From Thermoproteus tenax Kra 1 (GTDB lineage: Archaea > Thermoproteota > Thermoprotei > Thermoproteales > Thermoproteaceae): a stretch of DNA of 32,000 bases. A program made the position numbers and the translations under genes. The notes beneath the pieces were generated by a model. That model was not told where the DNA came from and did not search any database. It saw only the letters and a list, made by a program, of their open reading frames with translations. Position 1 is the first letter of the stretch, and each line of letters opens with the position of its first letter. Location of the stretch: positions 810,001-842,000 of the forward strand of contig NC_016070.1 in the NCBI RefSeq assembly GCF_000253055.1, written 5' to 3'. This document shows, piece after piece, positions 1 to 9,463 of this stretch.

Positions 1-399
1 TAACTCTCTGACTACGTCCGCCCTCCCCATTCTGTAGAAACAGCTATAGGGATGTCCCTCATTTATAGTGAAAGCCTCGAACTCAACACGAGGGAAGTGC
101 CCCCTTTTACGCAACTTCCCGAGTACGTCCAAGAGCACGAGGCTATCCTTGCCTCCAGATATCGCTATGGCAACCCTGTCGCCGGAAATTATCATCTTTT
201 CCTCCCGGATCGTTCTCAACACCTTCTCCTCGATGGATCTGAACAAACAACTGAGACAGAGCTTCTCGCCGCTACTCCTTCGGAGAAACTGCGCTGGCCT
301 TCTACCGCAAGACGTGCACAGATCCACGACCAGCGCTCCCTGCCCTAAAGGGCGAGGCTTGCTGTTTGTGACGTCATTGGAGGTGAGGTATGGCGCCAT
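1..399 (-). CDS. PP-loop ATPase of the TtuA/NcsA (tRNA 2-thiolation) type; N-terminal ~130 aa only, gene continues past the left window edge
   Basis: Absent from the ORF track because it has no stop inside the window. My hand translation of the minus strand reads MAPYLTSNDVTNSKPRPLGQGALVVDLCTSCGRRPAQFLRRSSGEKLCLSCLFRSIEEKVLRTIREEKMIISGDRVAIAISGGKDSLVLLDVLGKLRKRGHFPRVEFEAFTINEGHPY... This gives two CxxC pairs followed by the SGGKDS PP-loop. Start is uncertain: ATG at 399 (overlaps the upstream gene) or GTG at 327. Confidence 0.7.
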   Translation of the reverse strand, partial: MAPYLTSNDVTNSKPRPLGQGALVVDLCTSCGRRPAQFLRRSSGEKLCLSCLFRSIEEKVLRTIREEKMIISGDRVAIAISGGKDSLVLLDVLGKLRKRGHFPRVEFEAFTINEGHPYSCFYRMGRADVVREL

Positions 400-580
400 G
401 TTTCTTCTCCACTTTATCTATCTGAACGGTGTATGTATCGAGCCGCGTCCGGAAGATGTAGAACACGGTGCCACAGTTCTTACACCTAGCTATCATTATC
501 GTGTTCTCGGGCCCCTTATATCTATAGGTGTGGGGCGGCGGCATCGCCTCCCAGTCCGGCAAATTGCACACTGGGCACAT
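374..580 (-). CDS. small zinc-ribbon protein (68 aa), function unknown
   Basis: Uses the inner ATG (580) of track ORF 374..715. MCPVCNLPDW...ARCKNCGTVF gives a CPxC...CxxC zinc-ribbon pattern. A TATA-like TTAAAAACAAATAATA lies upstream on the minus strand. The gene is divergent from thyX. Confidence 0.45.
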   Translation of the reverse strand: MCPVCNLPDWEAMPPPHTYRYKGPENTIMIARCKNCGTVFYIFRTRLDTYTVQIDKVEKKHGAIPHLQ

Positions 581-644
581 TATGGACACAAAGTTTCCCG
601 ATTGCCTATTATTTGTTTTTAACTGATGACGAATAATTACACTT

Positions 645-1379
645 GTGACGACGTCCGTGAGGTTTGTAGACCCCTCGGTACGTCTGGTCGGCCATTGGGG
701 CTCCGAGGAGCTCATCTCCTCGTTTGTGGACGTCCTCTACAGAGGAGAGGAGCGGGCGCAGGATCCGGCCACTGTGGCCAAGAGGATAAAGATGTTCTAC
801 CGTCTGGGCCACTGGTCAGTCTTCGAGTTCATGGGGGCCCAGTTCCTCGTGGAGTGCTCCCGCGCCTGCCACACCCAGTTCATAAGGCACAGGCTCGCCT
901 CCTACTGGTCCGAGTCGCAACGCTATGTGGACTACGCCAAGAGGCCGATTAGGTTCATAGTGCCCAAGGGGTTCCCGGAGGAGGCGCTGAGGAGGGCCTA
1001 CGAGGACTACCTCAAGCTCAGAGAGCTCTACCCGCCCGAGTACGCCAGAATGGCGTTGCCCAACGCAACCGCGGTGAAGTTCGCCGTCCAGATGAACGCC
1101 AGAGAGCTCCTTCTGAACTTCGTCCCACTGAGGTGCTCGGCCGCGGCCCAGGCCGAGATCAGACACATCTGTTGGCAGATGTTCGCCCACGCCTGGCGGC
1201 TGTGGCCCACGCTGTCCCGCCTCGTCTGGGACGACCTGCCCAACCTCCACAGGGACTTCTGCACCAAGGTGCCCAAGGGCGAGGACTGCCGCCTATATGC
1301 CATAAGAGACGCTGAGGAGAAACACGGCCAGTTGCCCGAGAAGCCGTGGCTTCAAAGGGCAAGCGTAGAATACTTATAA
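645..1379 (+). CDS. thyX: flavin-dependent thymidylate synthase ThyX
   Basis: Contains the ThyX signature RHRxxSxxxxSxR as FIRHRLASYWSESQRY. The 244-aa length fits the family. Confidence 0.9.
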   Translation: MTTSVRFVDPSVRLVGHWGSEELISSFVDVLYRGEERAQDPATVAKRIKMFYRLGHWSVFEFMGAQFLVECSRACHTQFIRHRLASYWSESQRYVDYAKRPIRFIVPKGFPEEALRRAYEDYLKLRELYPPEYARMALPNATAVKFAVQMNARELLLNFVPLRCSAAAQAEIRHICWQMFAHAWRLWPTLSRLVWDDLPNLHRDFCTKVPKGEDCRLYAIRDAEEKHGQLPEKPWLQRASVEYL

Positions 1380-2215
1380 GAGGCCTAGAGGCTGGGGCTG
1401 CCTACTTGGCATATCTTCTAGCTAAGTCGGGGGACAGAGTCGTCATTGAGACAAAGCGACCCCACGACGTGTATATATACGATCTATCGCCCCCGCGCCC
1501 GCTCTTTACGTTGAAGTTTTTGAACGACGTGGTACTGGCGGATATAGTTGATTCGGCCGACGCCGATAAGTTCGAAATAGTTGTGGACTCCTGCGACATC
1601 GACGAGCATAGCGTCTTGAAACTCTACGAGGGCACGGGGTCTGTATATATAAGAGGAGATCCCTGGCTCTCTGCAACTGTGTCCCTATGGAGGGGGGCCC
1701 CCGCGCCCTCTGCGGTCGACCTCCCGCTCGAGAAGACGGAGAAATACGAGGAGGTCGACTTAGAGGTGGAGAGATACCACGGAGCCAGCTATACACTCTG
1801 TGAGGCGGTCGACTATCCGTCGGGCGAGAAATACGTAGTGAAAAGGTCTCTCGAGAGGGTCTATATCGCGGCTGACATATTCGCAGAGCTCAAGCTAGGC
1901 CTTAGAAGACCGCCGAACCTAAAGCTAGAGTACGCAGTGGGGAAGGAGGAGGTGCTCGCGGCCTTTGGAGCTAAAGCTGTGGGCAAGTCGTCCAGAGTAT
2001 CACATGGGGGCGTAAGTATATCGACGTACGGAGAAGGGGGAGAGATAAAATTTGTGACAGTTAGAGCCCCCGTGCACGACTTGGACAAGGTGCTCTTGCT
2101 CTACAACGGGATGAGGTTGAACAGACACTTCTATCTCTACGACGTGAGTACGTCGAGGGGGCTCCTCAATATATCTGCGCTAGGCCATTTAACGAGGCAC
2201 TTGAGACAGAGCTAA
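1346..2215 (+). CDS. hypothetical protein with a degenerate Rossmann-like N-terminus
   Basis: 289-aa ORF with a GTG start that overlaps the thyX end by 34 nt. The N-terminus ILIRGLEAGAAYLAYLLAKSGDRVVIE resembles a dinucleotide-binding beta-alpha-beta unit but lacks a clean GxGxxG. I recognise no other motif. Start uncertain. Confidence 0.55.
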   Translation: MASKGKRRILIRGLEAGAAYLAYLLAKSGDRVVIETKRPHDVYIYDLSPPRPLFTLKFLNDVVLADIVDSADADKFEIVVDSCDIDEHSVLKLYEGTGSVYIRGDPWLSATVSLWRGAPAPSAVDLPLEKTEKYEEVDLEVERYHGASYTLCEAVDYPSGEKYVVKRSLERVYIAADIFAELKLGLRRPPNLKLEYAVGKEEVLAAFGAKAVGKSSRVSHGGVSISTYGEGGEIKFVTVRAPVHDLDKVLLLYNGMRLNRHFYLYDVSTSRGLLNISALGHLTRHLRQS

Positions 2216-2251
2216 AGCGAAAATTTATAAAGAGCTTCTTCACCTCCGACG

Positions 2252-2806
2252 ATGGCTAAATCGGCTTATGCGTATATGGCGATGTGGTATTCTAAGGAGG
2301 GGCGCGAGGTCGAGGAGAGAGTCATGAGAGCGCGTCTGATAGAGTGGCGCAGACAGCCCGCAATAGTGCGGGTGGAGAGACCCACGCGTTTGAACCGCGC
2401 GAGAGCCCTAGGATATAAGGCCAAGCAAGGGGTCGTGGTGGTCAGAGTCAGGCTAAGGAGGGGGCCCTTTAACAGGAGGAGGCCCGACTCAGGCAGAAGG
2501 CCCAAGAGGATGGGAGTGTACGGAATAACCCTCTGGAAGAACTGGCAACAAGTGGCGGAGGAGAGGGCATCGCGAAAGTACCCCAATCTTGAGGTGCTGG
2601 GAAGCTACTGGGTGGCCGACGACGGCATGTACAGATACTATGAGGTAATAATGATAGATCCCAACGCGCCGACTATAAAGAGCGATAGGGACTACTGGGG
2701 TATAGTAGGGAGGGAGAGCAAACGCAGATGGAAGATGCGTAGACTGAGGCAGAGGCAGAGGAGGCTAATAGAGAAGCTGAAGGCCAGATTAAGCGCAAGC
2801 AAGTGA
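2252..2806 (+). CDS. rpl15e: 50S ribosomal protein L15e
   Basis: MAKSAYAYM...[47 protein letters not shown]...[22 protein letters not shown] is a typical eL15 sequence. Confidence 0.95.
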   Translation: MAKSAYAYMAMWYSKEGREVEERVMRARLIEWRRQPAIVRVERPTRLNRARALGYKAKQGVVVVRVRLRRGPFNRRRPDSGRRPKRMGVYGITLWKNWQQVAEERASRKYPNLEVLGSYWVADDGMYRYYEVIMIDPNAPTIKSDRDYWGIVGRESKRRWKMRRLRQRQRRLIEKLKARLSASK

Positions 2807-3138
2807 GATGCTTTATAGAGCTATCGTTGTTAGTTCACGCCACTGAGGATCTCGACAAAGTCTTCAAATCGCTGAGGAGGTTCTTCGGAGATCTTCCATA
2901 TATAATACAGCCGCTTCAGGGTCACTACGGAAACCCAATTTACCTCATAACGGCTTACTCGGAGAACTGCGAGGGTTTACTGGCCATATTGTGTCCCCAC
3001 ATAGGAAACTCAGCTGAGGCATACATCAGACTAGATAAGAGCAAGCTAGTCCAAGGCGAGGTGGCCGTGTCGAGGGGCGACGACGTGGTCAGACTGAGAA
3101 TTAGGGGGGCTGACTGTGCCGGACGTGTTAAAAATTAG
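2803..3138 (+). CDS. DUF54/COG1325-like putative RNA-binding (exosome-associated) protein
   Basis: GTGA overlap with the L15e stop. The [10 protein letters not shown] and GHYGNPI motifs, and the position directly after L15e, match the conserved archaeal exosome/RNase P superoperon. Confidence 0.5.
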   Translation: MRCFIELSLLVHATEDLDKVFKSLRRFFGDLPYIIQPLQGHYGNPIYLITAYSENCEGLLAILCPHIGNSAEAYIRLDKSKLVQGEVAVSRGDDVVRLRIRGADCAGRVKN

Positions 3139-3646
3139 GAGAGGGTTCGTTGAGTGGGATCTGAGGAGCAGCGACGCCGAGGAGCAACTCTGGGAGGTCG
3201 GAGTCAGGGCGGCGCTGGCGAGACCCGGCGTTCTGACTACTAGGATAGCGCCGGCGGTGCGGGGAAGAGACGTGTTGGCGGCCGAAGTTCCGAACAGAGC
3301 GAAGTTCAATGTATACGTGCACAGAGAGGGCGTTCAAGTGCTCACAGTGAACCCTCGGGAGGTGTTGACCAGACACCAAGTCCGCGCGGCGCTTAAGGAG
3401 GGCAAGTATGTAGAGCTGAGGCTGAGGCCTCTCTTGGAAGACTTGGGCCGGTTGGTCAGTTGGCTTGAGGTGCTAGAGCCGGAGATAACCCTTTTCTCGA
3501 CGCCCGTGGGCTCGCCCAAAGACGTCAAGTCGCCTTTAGACATAGGCGCGTTGCTTGAGGAATTGACTGAGGATCCAGCCTGGCCGCGGCAACTTGAGAG
3601 GGGCCTAGAGATCCTCGTGGAGCTAATGTTGGAGAATGAGAACTAA
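3116..3646 (+). CDS. putative RNase P protein component 3 (Rpp30-like), unusually short
   Basis: The call rests mainly on gene order (L15e, COG1325, Rpp30, Pop5) plus a C-terminal ITLFSTPVGSPKDVKSPLDIGALLEEL segment that resembles the Rpp30 SgA...lRsP.d...l motif. At 176 aa it is shorter than typical Rpp30. Confidence 0.4.
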   Translation: MPDVLKIRRGFVEWDLRSSDAEEQLWEVGVRAALARPGVLTTRIAPAVRGRDVLAAEVPNRAKFNVYVHREGVQVLTVNPREVLTRHQVRAALKEGKYVELRLRPLLEDLGRLVSWLEVLEPEITLFSTPVGSPKDVKSPLDIGALLEELTEDPAWPRQLERGLEILVELMLENEN

Positions 3647-3929
3647 GTTCCGCTATCTGCTCATAAGGGCGGAGGACGTGGAGAGATGTCTCGAGGAATT
3701 AAACCTAGGCTACATAGCGGTGTTGGGTCTGATGTATAGGCTCTACTATTTCGATCTAATCGGCATATACGACGACATAATCGTCGTAAGGGTCCCGCGG
3801 GCGTTAGTCCGTAGATCGCGGGCATTGATTGCGCTTTTGGAAGGATGTAGGACGGTGAAGGTCAGGGGAACCCTTAAATCGGCAAGGAAGACGGCGATGT
3901 CCATAAGACGCGCCCAAAGGATATATTGA
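3636..3929 (+). CDS. putative RNase P protein component 2 (Pop5-like)
   Basis: 97 aa, overlaps the previous gene by 11 nt. The N-terminal KFRYLLIR strand and overall size are Pop5-like, and its position in the superoperon is consistent. Confidence 0.5.
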   Translation: MRTKFRYLLIRAEDVERCLEELNLGYIAVLGLMYRLYYFDLIGIYDDIIVVRVPRALVRRSRALIALLEGCRTVKVRGTLKSARKTAMSIRRAQRIY

Positions 3930-3997
3930 GGCGCACAATGATATATGTGATGAAGGGCATCAAATAGGATCGATGAAGACCTCGCGACGAGCTGACC

Positions 3998-4894
3998 CTA
4001 CCTCTTGGCTAACTCGAGGAGCCTGTCCACGATGAACGGGGCAGGGTTTATACCTGTAGCCGTCTTGAAGCCCTGCCAGGACATACTTGGATTCACCTCG
4101 AATACAAAGTATCCCTCGTCTGTCTCGGCTATGTCAACTCCACCGTACTCTAGCCCGAGCGCTTTGACGGACTTAACGGCGAGCTCCTCAAGCTCTGGCG
4201 TCAGCTTTGCGGGCTCAGGCCGGGCGCCCTGGGCTATATTGGTCTTCCAGTTCTCAGATCTGCGGAACTCGGCCCCTATAGCCCTATCGCCTACTACGAC
4301 CACTCTATAATCTCCCCCCCTCTTCTCCACGTATCTCTGGACGTAGAAGGGCTTGTTGAGATTCGTCATCATAGAGAAAACGTGCATAGCTATATCGGGA
4401 TCATTGAGTCTGAACACGCCATATCCCATGCTTCCTCTCAGAGGCTTGACTACAGCTTCGCGGAACTCGCGCACAGCTCTATACGCCGAGAACATGTTCT
4501 CGCTGACGATGGTGTCGGGCACCGGCACGTTTGCTCTGAGTAACGCGGCGGTGCTCGCAAGCTTGTCGCTGGCCACTAACCAACTCAGAACAGGGTTGAT
4601 CACTTTGGTGCCAGCCAGCTCGATCGATCTTGCGGCGAATACCCTGTAGGAGAACTGCTCGAAATCTCTGAAGATGCCCAGATGTCTCAACACGGCGGCC
4701 GGCACCTCAAGCCTCTCTGGCTCGCCTCTCCCGATCGACTGCCAGATCTCAATGCCGTTTCTCAGCCTCACCTCGATCATATCTATGTATATGCGTATAG
4801 GTCTGTGCCCCCTCTCTGTTATGGCGGCCTCTAGGTCGGCGACATCACCTGGATTGAACTCTACCTCATAAGGCCTAATGATGCCTATGTTCAT
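3998..4894 (-). CDS. RimK-family ATP-grasp ligase (alpha-L-glutamate ligase-like)
   Basis: 298 aa. ATP-grasp hallmarks are present: DKLASTAALLRANVPVPDT, VVKPLRGSMGYGV, YVQRYVEKRGGDYRVVVVG and GVDIAETDEGYFVFEVNPS. Substrate unknown. Confidence 0.8.
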   Translation of the reverse strand: MNIGIIRPYEVEFNPGDVADLEAAITERGHRPIRIYIDMIEVRLRNGIEIWQSIGRGEPERLEVPAAVLRHLGIFRDFEQFSYRVFAARSIELAGTKVINPVLSWLVASDKLASTAALLRANVPVPDTIVSENMFSAYRAVREFREAVVKPLRGSMGYGVFRLNDPDIAMHVFSMMTNLNKPFYVQRYVEKRGGDYRVVVVGDRAIGAEFRRSENWKTNIAQGARPEPAKLTPELEELAVKSVKALGLEYGGVDIAETDEGYFVFEVNPSMSWQGFKTATGINPAPFIVDRLLELAKR

Positions 4895-4915
4895 AGAGGA
4901 GGGAGGGACCCTGGA

Positions 4916-5545
4916 TTAAAAGAATTCAAACGTCTTGAGCTCAACGCCGCGTAGATCGCGGCATAGGGCCGGCAGAAGGTATTGTGCCACTAGGTCGGGC
5001 TCCGCGATCTTCAGCGCCTTTAGTTGGCCGGCCACTACGGCCACCGGCTGTCCCACTATCTGTAGCGCCGGGTTATACAGTTGGCACCCTTGAGGGTGGT
5101 CGTATAGAGCGATGGGCTCAGGCGCTATCTCTCTGCAGTTGCCCGACTCGCATAAGTAAATACCAGAGGGTCTCTGCACCAGATATCTATCGGGCCCGAA
5201 CGGCACAATCGGACCCACGGGGCAGAGACACTCCCCGCCGGCAGCTCTATAAAGCTCATACAGTATCTTCACTACGGTATCCTCGCCGAGCCTCCCCCTA
5301 TATCTCTCGTAGAACGTCTGTATCGGTCTCTTGATATTCCCGCTTATCCTTACGCCTAAGGCCTTTCTTGCCTCATTGGGCTCCGCCCCCAATGCTATCA
5401 AGGGCCCGAGGAGGTCGTATCTGCTTATATTGTATCTATTCATCAAGTCCAAGCCCTTCTCCAAAAGAGAGGAGGAGTTCCTCGTGGGACATTCTAACGA
5501 GATAACGCTGCTTACACAGAGCTTTACTTCAACCGTTTGAGTCAT
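4916..5545 (-). CDS. hypothetical Cys-rich protein, likely co-transcribed with the ATP-grasp ligase
   Basis: 209-aa ORF that ends 21 nt before the RimK-like start on the same strand. It contains CLCPVGP...CESGNC. No family recognised. An inner start at MNRYNISRYD is possible. Confidence 0.5.
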   Translation of the reverse strand: MTQTVEVKLCVSSVISLECPTRNSSSLLEKGLDLMNRYNISRYDLLGPLIALGAEPNEARKALGVRISGNIKRPIQTFYERYRGRLGEDTVVKILYELYRAAGGECLCPVGPIVPFGPDRYLVQRPSGIYLCESGNCREIAPEPIALYDHPQGCQLYNPALQIVGQPVAVVAGQLKALKIAEPDLVAQYLLPALCRDLRGVELKTFEFF

Positions 5546-5673
5546 AGGCTAATAATGGTCCCCTCTTATAAAGTGTCCGCCCACTAGAGGCTTAACGCCG
5601 GACCTGCCTCGGCGCCCTGGAGCCTGAGGGATCAGGCATATGTTGTTTTTATTGACACAACGGTAACCTGAAC

Positions 5674-6429
5674 ATGGCAACTTTAAATGTCGCCAACCTG
5701 CACGTTGAGGTCAGCGGCAAGAGGATCCTCAGGGGAGTGTCTCTGGAGGTCAAACAAGGGGAGATAGTCGCCTTGATGGGGCCAAACGGTTCGGGGAAGT
5801 CCACCCTGTTTCAGACCATTGCGGGCAATCCCAACTATAGAATAGTGGAGGGAGATATAGCTATAGACGGCGTATCAATAAAGGATTTGGCGCCCGAGGA
5901 GAGATTTAACAAGGGCATCTACGTGAGCTTCCAATCGCCGATTTCTGTGCCAGAGGTGCGCTTCGGTTTCTTGATACAAGCGGTCATGAACAAGAGGATG
6001 GGACGGAAGATGGACGAGCCCAACCCGAAGATGGCCGAGGCGCTGAAGATAGCCGAGGAGATTGGGCTGAGGCGAGATATATTCGACAGAGGCGTCGGAG
6101 TGGGCTTCAGCGGAGGCGAGTTCAAAAGAGCCGAGGTCTTATTGGCGTATTTGATGAGGCCGGCGATAGCTATCCTAGACGAGCCTGACTCAGGTCTGGA
6201 CATAGACGGCATAGCGGCAGTCAGCAAGATAATATCGTCTCTTGCAAGAGAAAGCTCCGGTGTATTGCTGTCGACCCACTACGCGAGGATTCTTAAGTTC
6301 TTAGAGCCGGACAGAGTCTACGTCATGTACAGCGGGCGGATTATAATGGCCGGCGGCTCGGAGATCGTCAAAAGAGTGGAAGAGGTAGGCTACGAGGGGC
6401 TCTTCAAAGAGTCGGGCGTTTTTCAGTAG
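5674..6429 (+). CDS. sufC: Fe-S cluster assembly ATPase SufC
   Basis: Walker A GPNGSGKST, ABC signature FSGGEFKR, Walker B AILDEPDSGLD. SufC-typical length, directly upstream of sufB. Confidence 0.92.
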   Translation: MATLNVANLHVEVSGKRILRGVSLEVKQGEIVALMGPNGSGKSTLFQTIAGNPNYRIVEGDIAIDGVSIKDLAPEERFNKGIYVSFQSPISVPEVRFGFLIQAVMNKRMGRKMDEPNPKMAEALKIAEEIGLRRDIFDRGVGVGFSGGEFKRAEVLLAYLMRPAIAILDEPDSGLDIDGIAAVSKIISSLARESSGVLLSTHYARILKFLEPDRVYVMYSGRIIMAGGSEIVKRVEEVGYEGLFKESGVFQ

Positions 6430-6481
6430 GCCCTGCCACCGGAATTTCGGAAGATATATAGCACAGAAACGAGATACTCAC

Positions 6482-7900
6482 ATGGAAGAACAGATCCACG
6501 GGTTCATTGAGGAAGCTGAGTCCGTCTCGCAATTGCTCGGCGTAGCTAGGCCGGTGAGCCACGAAGTTGTGCTCAAGGGGAAGATAACTAGAGATGTAGT
6601 TGAAGAGATAAGCAGAGTCAAGGGAGAGCCCGATTGGATGAAGCGCTTGAGGCTCCGCATGTTGGAGCTTTTCGAAAAGCTGCCGACACCTAAATGGGTG
6701 AGGGGAGTCGGCGAGATTGACCTTGAGGCTCTGGCGCACTACGCAAAGCCTCAGACGGTCGGAGTCCGTAGCTGGGACGAGGTCCCGAAGGAGATAAGAC
6801 AATATTACGAGAAGTTGGGTCTGCCCGAGATGGAGGTCAAAGCACTTCTGGGGCTAGCTACACAGTTTGACAGCGAGATCGTGTATTTCAATTTCAAGAA
6901 GAAGTTGGAGGAGAAGGGCGTCATAATGTTGCCTATGGAGGAGGCCGTAAGACGTTATCCGGACTTAGTGAAACAGTACTTCATGCGCGTCTTTCCGCCT
7001 GAGCACAAATTCGCCGCGCTCCACGGCGCCTTATGGTCGGGAGGCACTTTTATATATGTACCCCCTAACGTCAGAATTGAGCAGCCTCTGGAGACGTTCT
7101 TCTTAATAGGCACATCCCAAGAGAGCCAAATGGAGCACAGCATAGTGGTAGCTGATAGAGGTGCCTCCGTTCACTGGATAGAGGCCTGTTCTGCCCCGAG
7201 GCTCCTTAAGTATAGCTTCCACAACGGCATGGTTGAGGGTTATGCTCACGAGGGCGCGAACCTAAAAATAACGACTGTGCAGAATTGGTCCAGAGATATC
7301 GTCAATTTCAACAATAAGAGAGCTGTGGCCGAGGCCCGCGCCCACGTTCAGTGGGTGGAGGGAAGCATTGGGAGCAAGACGACCTATACTTTCCCATCAA
7401 CGATACTAAAGGGCGAGGGCTCCTCCACAGAGATATATGGAATCACGGCGGCTAAGGGAGGTCTCTGGAAGGAGAACGGGGCGAAGGTGTGGCACTTGGC
7501 ACCCAACACAAAGAGCCGAGTGGTCAATAAGAGCATCTCGGCCAAGGGCGGCGTCTCGGTGTACAGAGGGATGGTATATGTGGCCAAAGGCGCTAAGTAT
7601 GCCAAGAGCCACGTCCAATGTGACGCATTGGTGTTAGACGGAGACTCGGCGAATATAACAATACCACACGACCAAGTCTTTGAGGAGACCGCCGTTGTGA
7701 CGCACGAGGCTACGGCCAGCCGTATATCGGAGGAGAAGCTCATGTACTTAAGGTCTAGGGGGTTCACTGAGGACGAGGCCAAGGCCCTAGTGGTTCTAGG
7801 ATTTGTATCGGATATAGTTAAGGACTTGCCGTTCGAATACGCTGTTGTGCTTCGCAGAGTTCTCGAGCTGGAGTTCTCAAAGCTCGGTGCAGTTGGATAA
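6482..7900 (+). CDS. sufB: Fe-S cluster assembly scaffold SufB (SufB/SufD family)
   Basis: 472 aa with a typical SufB C-terminal beta-helix region (GANLKITTVQNWS...NNKRAVAEARAHVQWVEGSIGSKTTYTFPS...SRVVNKSISAKGG...HEATASRISEEKLMYLRSRGFTEDEA). Confidence 0.9.
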   Translation: MEEQIHGFIEEAESVSQLLGVARPVSHEVVLKGKITRDVVEEISRVKGEPDWMKRLRLRMLELFEKLPTPKWVRGVGEIDLEALAHYAKPQTVGVRSWDEVPKEIRQYYEKLGLPEMEVKALLGLATQFDSEIVYFNFKKKLEEKGVIMLPMEEAVRRYPDLVKQYFMRVFPPEHKFAALHGALWSGGTFIYVPPNVRIEQPLETFFLIGTSQESQMEHSIVVADRGASVHWIEACSAPRLLKYSFHNGMVEGYAHEGANLKITTVQNWSRDIVNFNNKRAVAEARAHVQWVEGSIGSKTTYTFPSTILKGEGSSTEIYGITAAKGGLWKENGAKVWHLAPNTKSRVVNKSISAKGGVSVYRGMVYVAKGAKYAKSHVQCDALVLDGDSANITIPHDQVFEETAVVTHEATASRISEEKLMYLRSRGFTEDEAKALVVLGFVSDIVKDLPFEYAVVLRRVLELEFSKLGAVG

Positions 7901-8113
7901 TTGCAGGCCCCATAGAGAGACCTAGCCGTTTTACGCCGAGCTCAAATGGGGGAGGACAAAGGATTGATGCCAAATTTAAATTGGGGCTAGATGATAGTTA
8001 ACGCTGTGATGAGGGCTGGGTTACGGATATGTGAGGAATTAGGAGCCAACTGAGTTCATCTAAAGACTAAATAGACCTATAGAGTTAAATAACACCTTGG
8101 TACTATAGTATGC

Positions 8114-9463
8114 ATGGCGCCGAAATGGCACTGGCCCCAAATAGACCCGGATAGAGTCCCCTTGGTTAAGATAGAACCGCCCGGCCCCAAGGCGCTTGAG
8201 ATAATACGCAGAGACGAGGCCGTCATAATGCAATCGTTCACGCGATGGTATCCCCTCGTTGTAGCGCGAGGCTATGGCCCCGTCGTGGAGGATGTCGACG
8301 GCAACCTCTACATAGATTACAACGCGGGCATCGCCGTCACGGCGACCGGTCACGCGCACCCTAAAGTGGTCGACGCCATAAAGCGGCAGTCTGAGCTCTT
8401 CCTCCATTACTCTCTCACTGATTTCTACTACGAAATAGCCGTGTCTCTAGCAGAGAAGCTTACATCTATAGCGCCCATATCGGGCCAGAAGAAGGTCTTC
8501 TTCACTAACAGCGGCACGGAGTCCATAGAGGGGATAGCCAAGATAGCGAGGGGCTATTTCAGAGGACAGAGGCCCTACATAGTGGCCTTCTACGGCGCAT
8601 TCCACGGCAGAACCTATATGTCCATGTCGCTGTCGGCGTCAAAGCCTGTTCACAGAAGGTATTTCTCCCCCATGATGCCGAACGTGATCCACGTGCCGTA
8701 CCCGCACCCAGTCCACTGTCCCTTCAAGGCCAAAGATCCGGAAGAATGCGGGCGCTATGCGCTTGAGTTCCTAGAGGATTGGGTCTTCGGCAGATTGGTG
8801 AGTCCGGAGGAGGTCGCGGCGGTTCTCATAGAGCCCATACAGGGCGAGGGGGGCTATGTGGTACCTCCTAAGAGCTTCATAAGAGGGCTTAGAGAGATTA
8901 CCAAGGAGCATGGAATTCTTCTAGCAGTAGACGAAGTACAGACCGGTTTCGGGAGGACGGGCAGATGGTTCGCCATAGAGCACTTCGGGGTGGAGCCCGA
9001 CATAATAGGCACGGCCAAAGCCATAGCCTCGGGCCTTCCTCTAGGCGCCATTATAGGGAGGGCGGAGATTATGTCGTTGCCCAGAGGGTCCCACGCAAAT
9101 ACTTTCGGCGGAAATCCTGTGGCCGCCGCCGCTGCGCTTGCGACGCTCTCCGTGATTGAGGAGGAGGGCTTGCTAGAGCACGCAGAGAGGGTAGGTAACG
9201 AGATAAAGAAGGCTCTTGTTGATATAGCGGGAGATCGCCACGATGTGAGAGGCCTAGGCTTAATGATAGGAGTGGAGCTGTTAGATGAACGAAGGAGACC
9301 GGCAAAGAACCTCGATGAGGTTCTGACTAGGTCTTTCAAAAGGGGACTTGCCGTTATAGGCGCTGGTACGTCCACTGTGCGCATCGCGCCGCCGCTTGTT
9401 ATCCCAGAGCAGATGGCCCTAAAGGGCGTTGAGATATTATCTGATGCTTTGAAATCTCGCTAG
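8114..9463 (+). CDS. class-III pyridoxal-phosphate aminotransferase (4-aminobutyrate/acetylornithine aminotransferase family)
   Basis: PGPKALEII N-terminus, NSGTESIEGIAKIAR, LAVDEVQTGFGRTGRWFA, and the PLP-lysine context IIGTAKAIASGLPLG. Confidence 0.9.
   Translation: MAPKWHWPQIDPDRVPLVKIEPPGPKALEIIRRDEAVIMQSFTRWYPLVVARGYGPVVEDVDGNLYIDYNAGIAVTATGHAHPKVVDAIKRQSELFLHYSLTDFYYEIAVSLAEKLTSIAPISGQKKVFFTNSGTESIEGIAKIARGYFRGQRPYIVAFYGAFHGRTYMSMSLSASKPVHRRYFSPMMPNVIHVPYPHPVHCPFKAKDPEECGRYALEFLEDWVFGRLVSPEEVAAVLIEPIQGEGGYVVPPKSFIRGLREITKEHGILLAVDEVQTGFGRTGRWFAIEHFGVEPDIIGTAKAIASGLPLGAIIGRAEIMSLPRGSHANTFGGNPVAAAAALATLSVIEEEGLLEHAERVGNEIKKALVDIAGDRHDVRGLGLMIGVELLDERRRPAKNLDEVLTRSFKRGLAVIGAGTSTVRIAPPLVIPEQMALKGVEILSDALKSR

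Noticed and set aside
52-622. Plus-strand track ORFs 52..348 and 68..622
   Set aside because: They lie antisense to a minus-strand frame carrying clear CxxC/CxxC/SGGKDS PP-loop motifs and to the zinc-ribbon ORF. Their composition (Ser/Arg/Leu/Pro-rich, no motifs) fits shadow ORFs.
7901-8113. Missing sufD after sufCB
   Set aside because: The absence of a separate sufD in the window is not evidence of anything unusual. The gene may lie elsewhere, and many archaea carry only SufBC-type systems.
8854-9384. 176-aa minus-strand ORF and other ORFs inside the aminotransferase gene
   Set aside because: They are antisense to a gene with clear class-III aminotransferase motifs.
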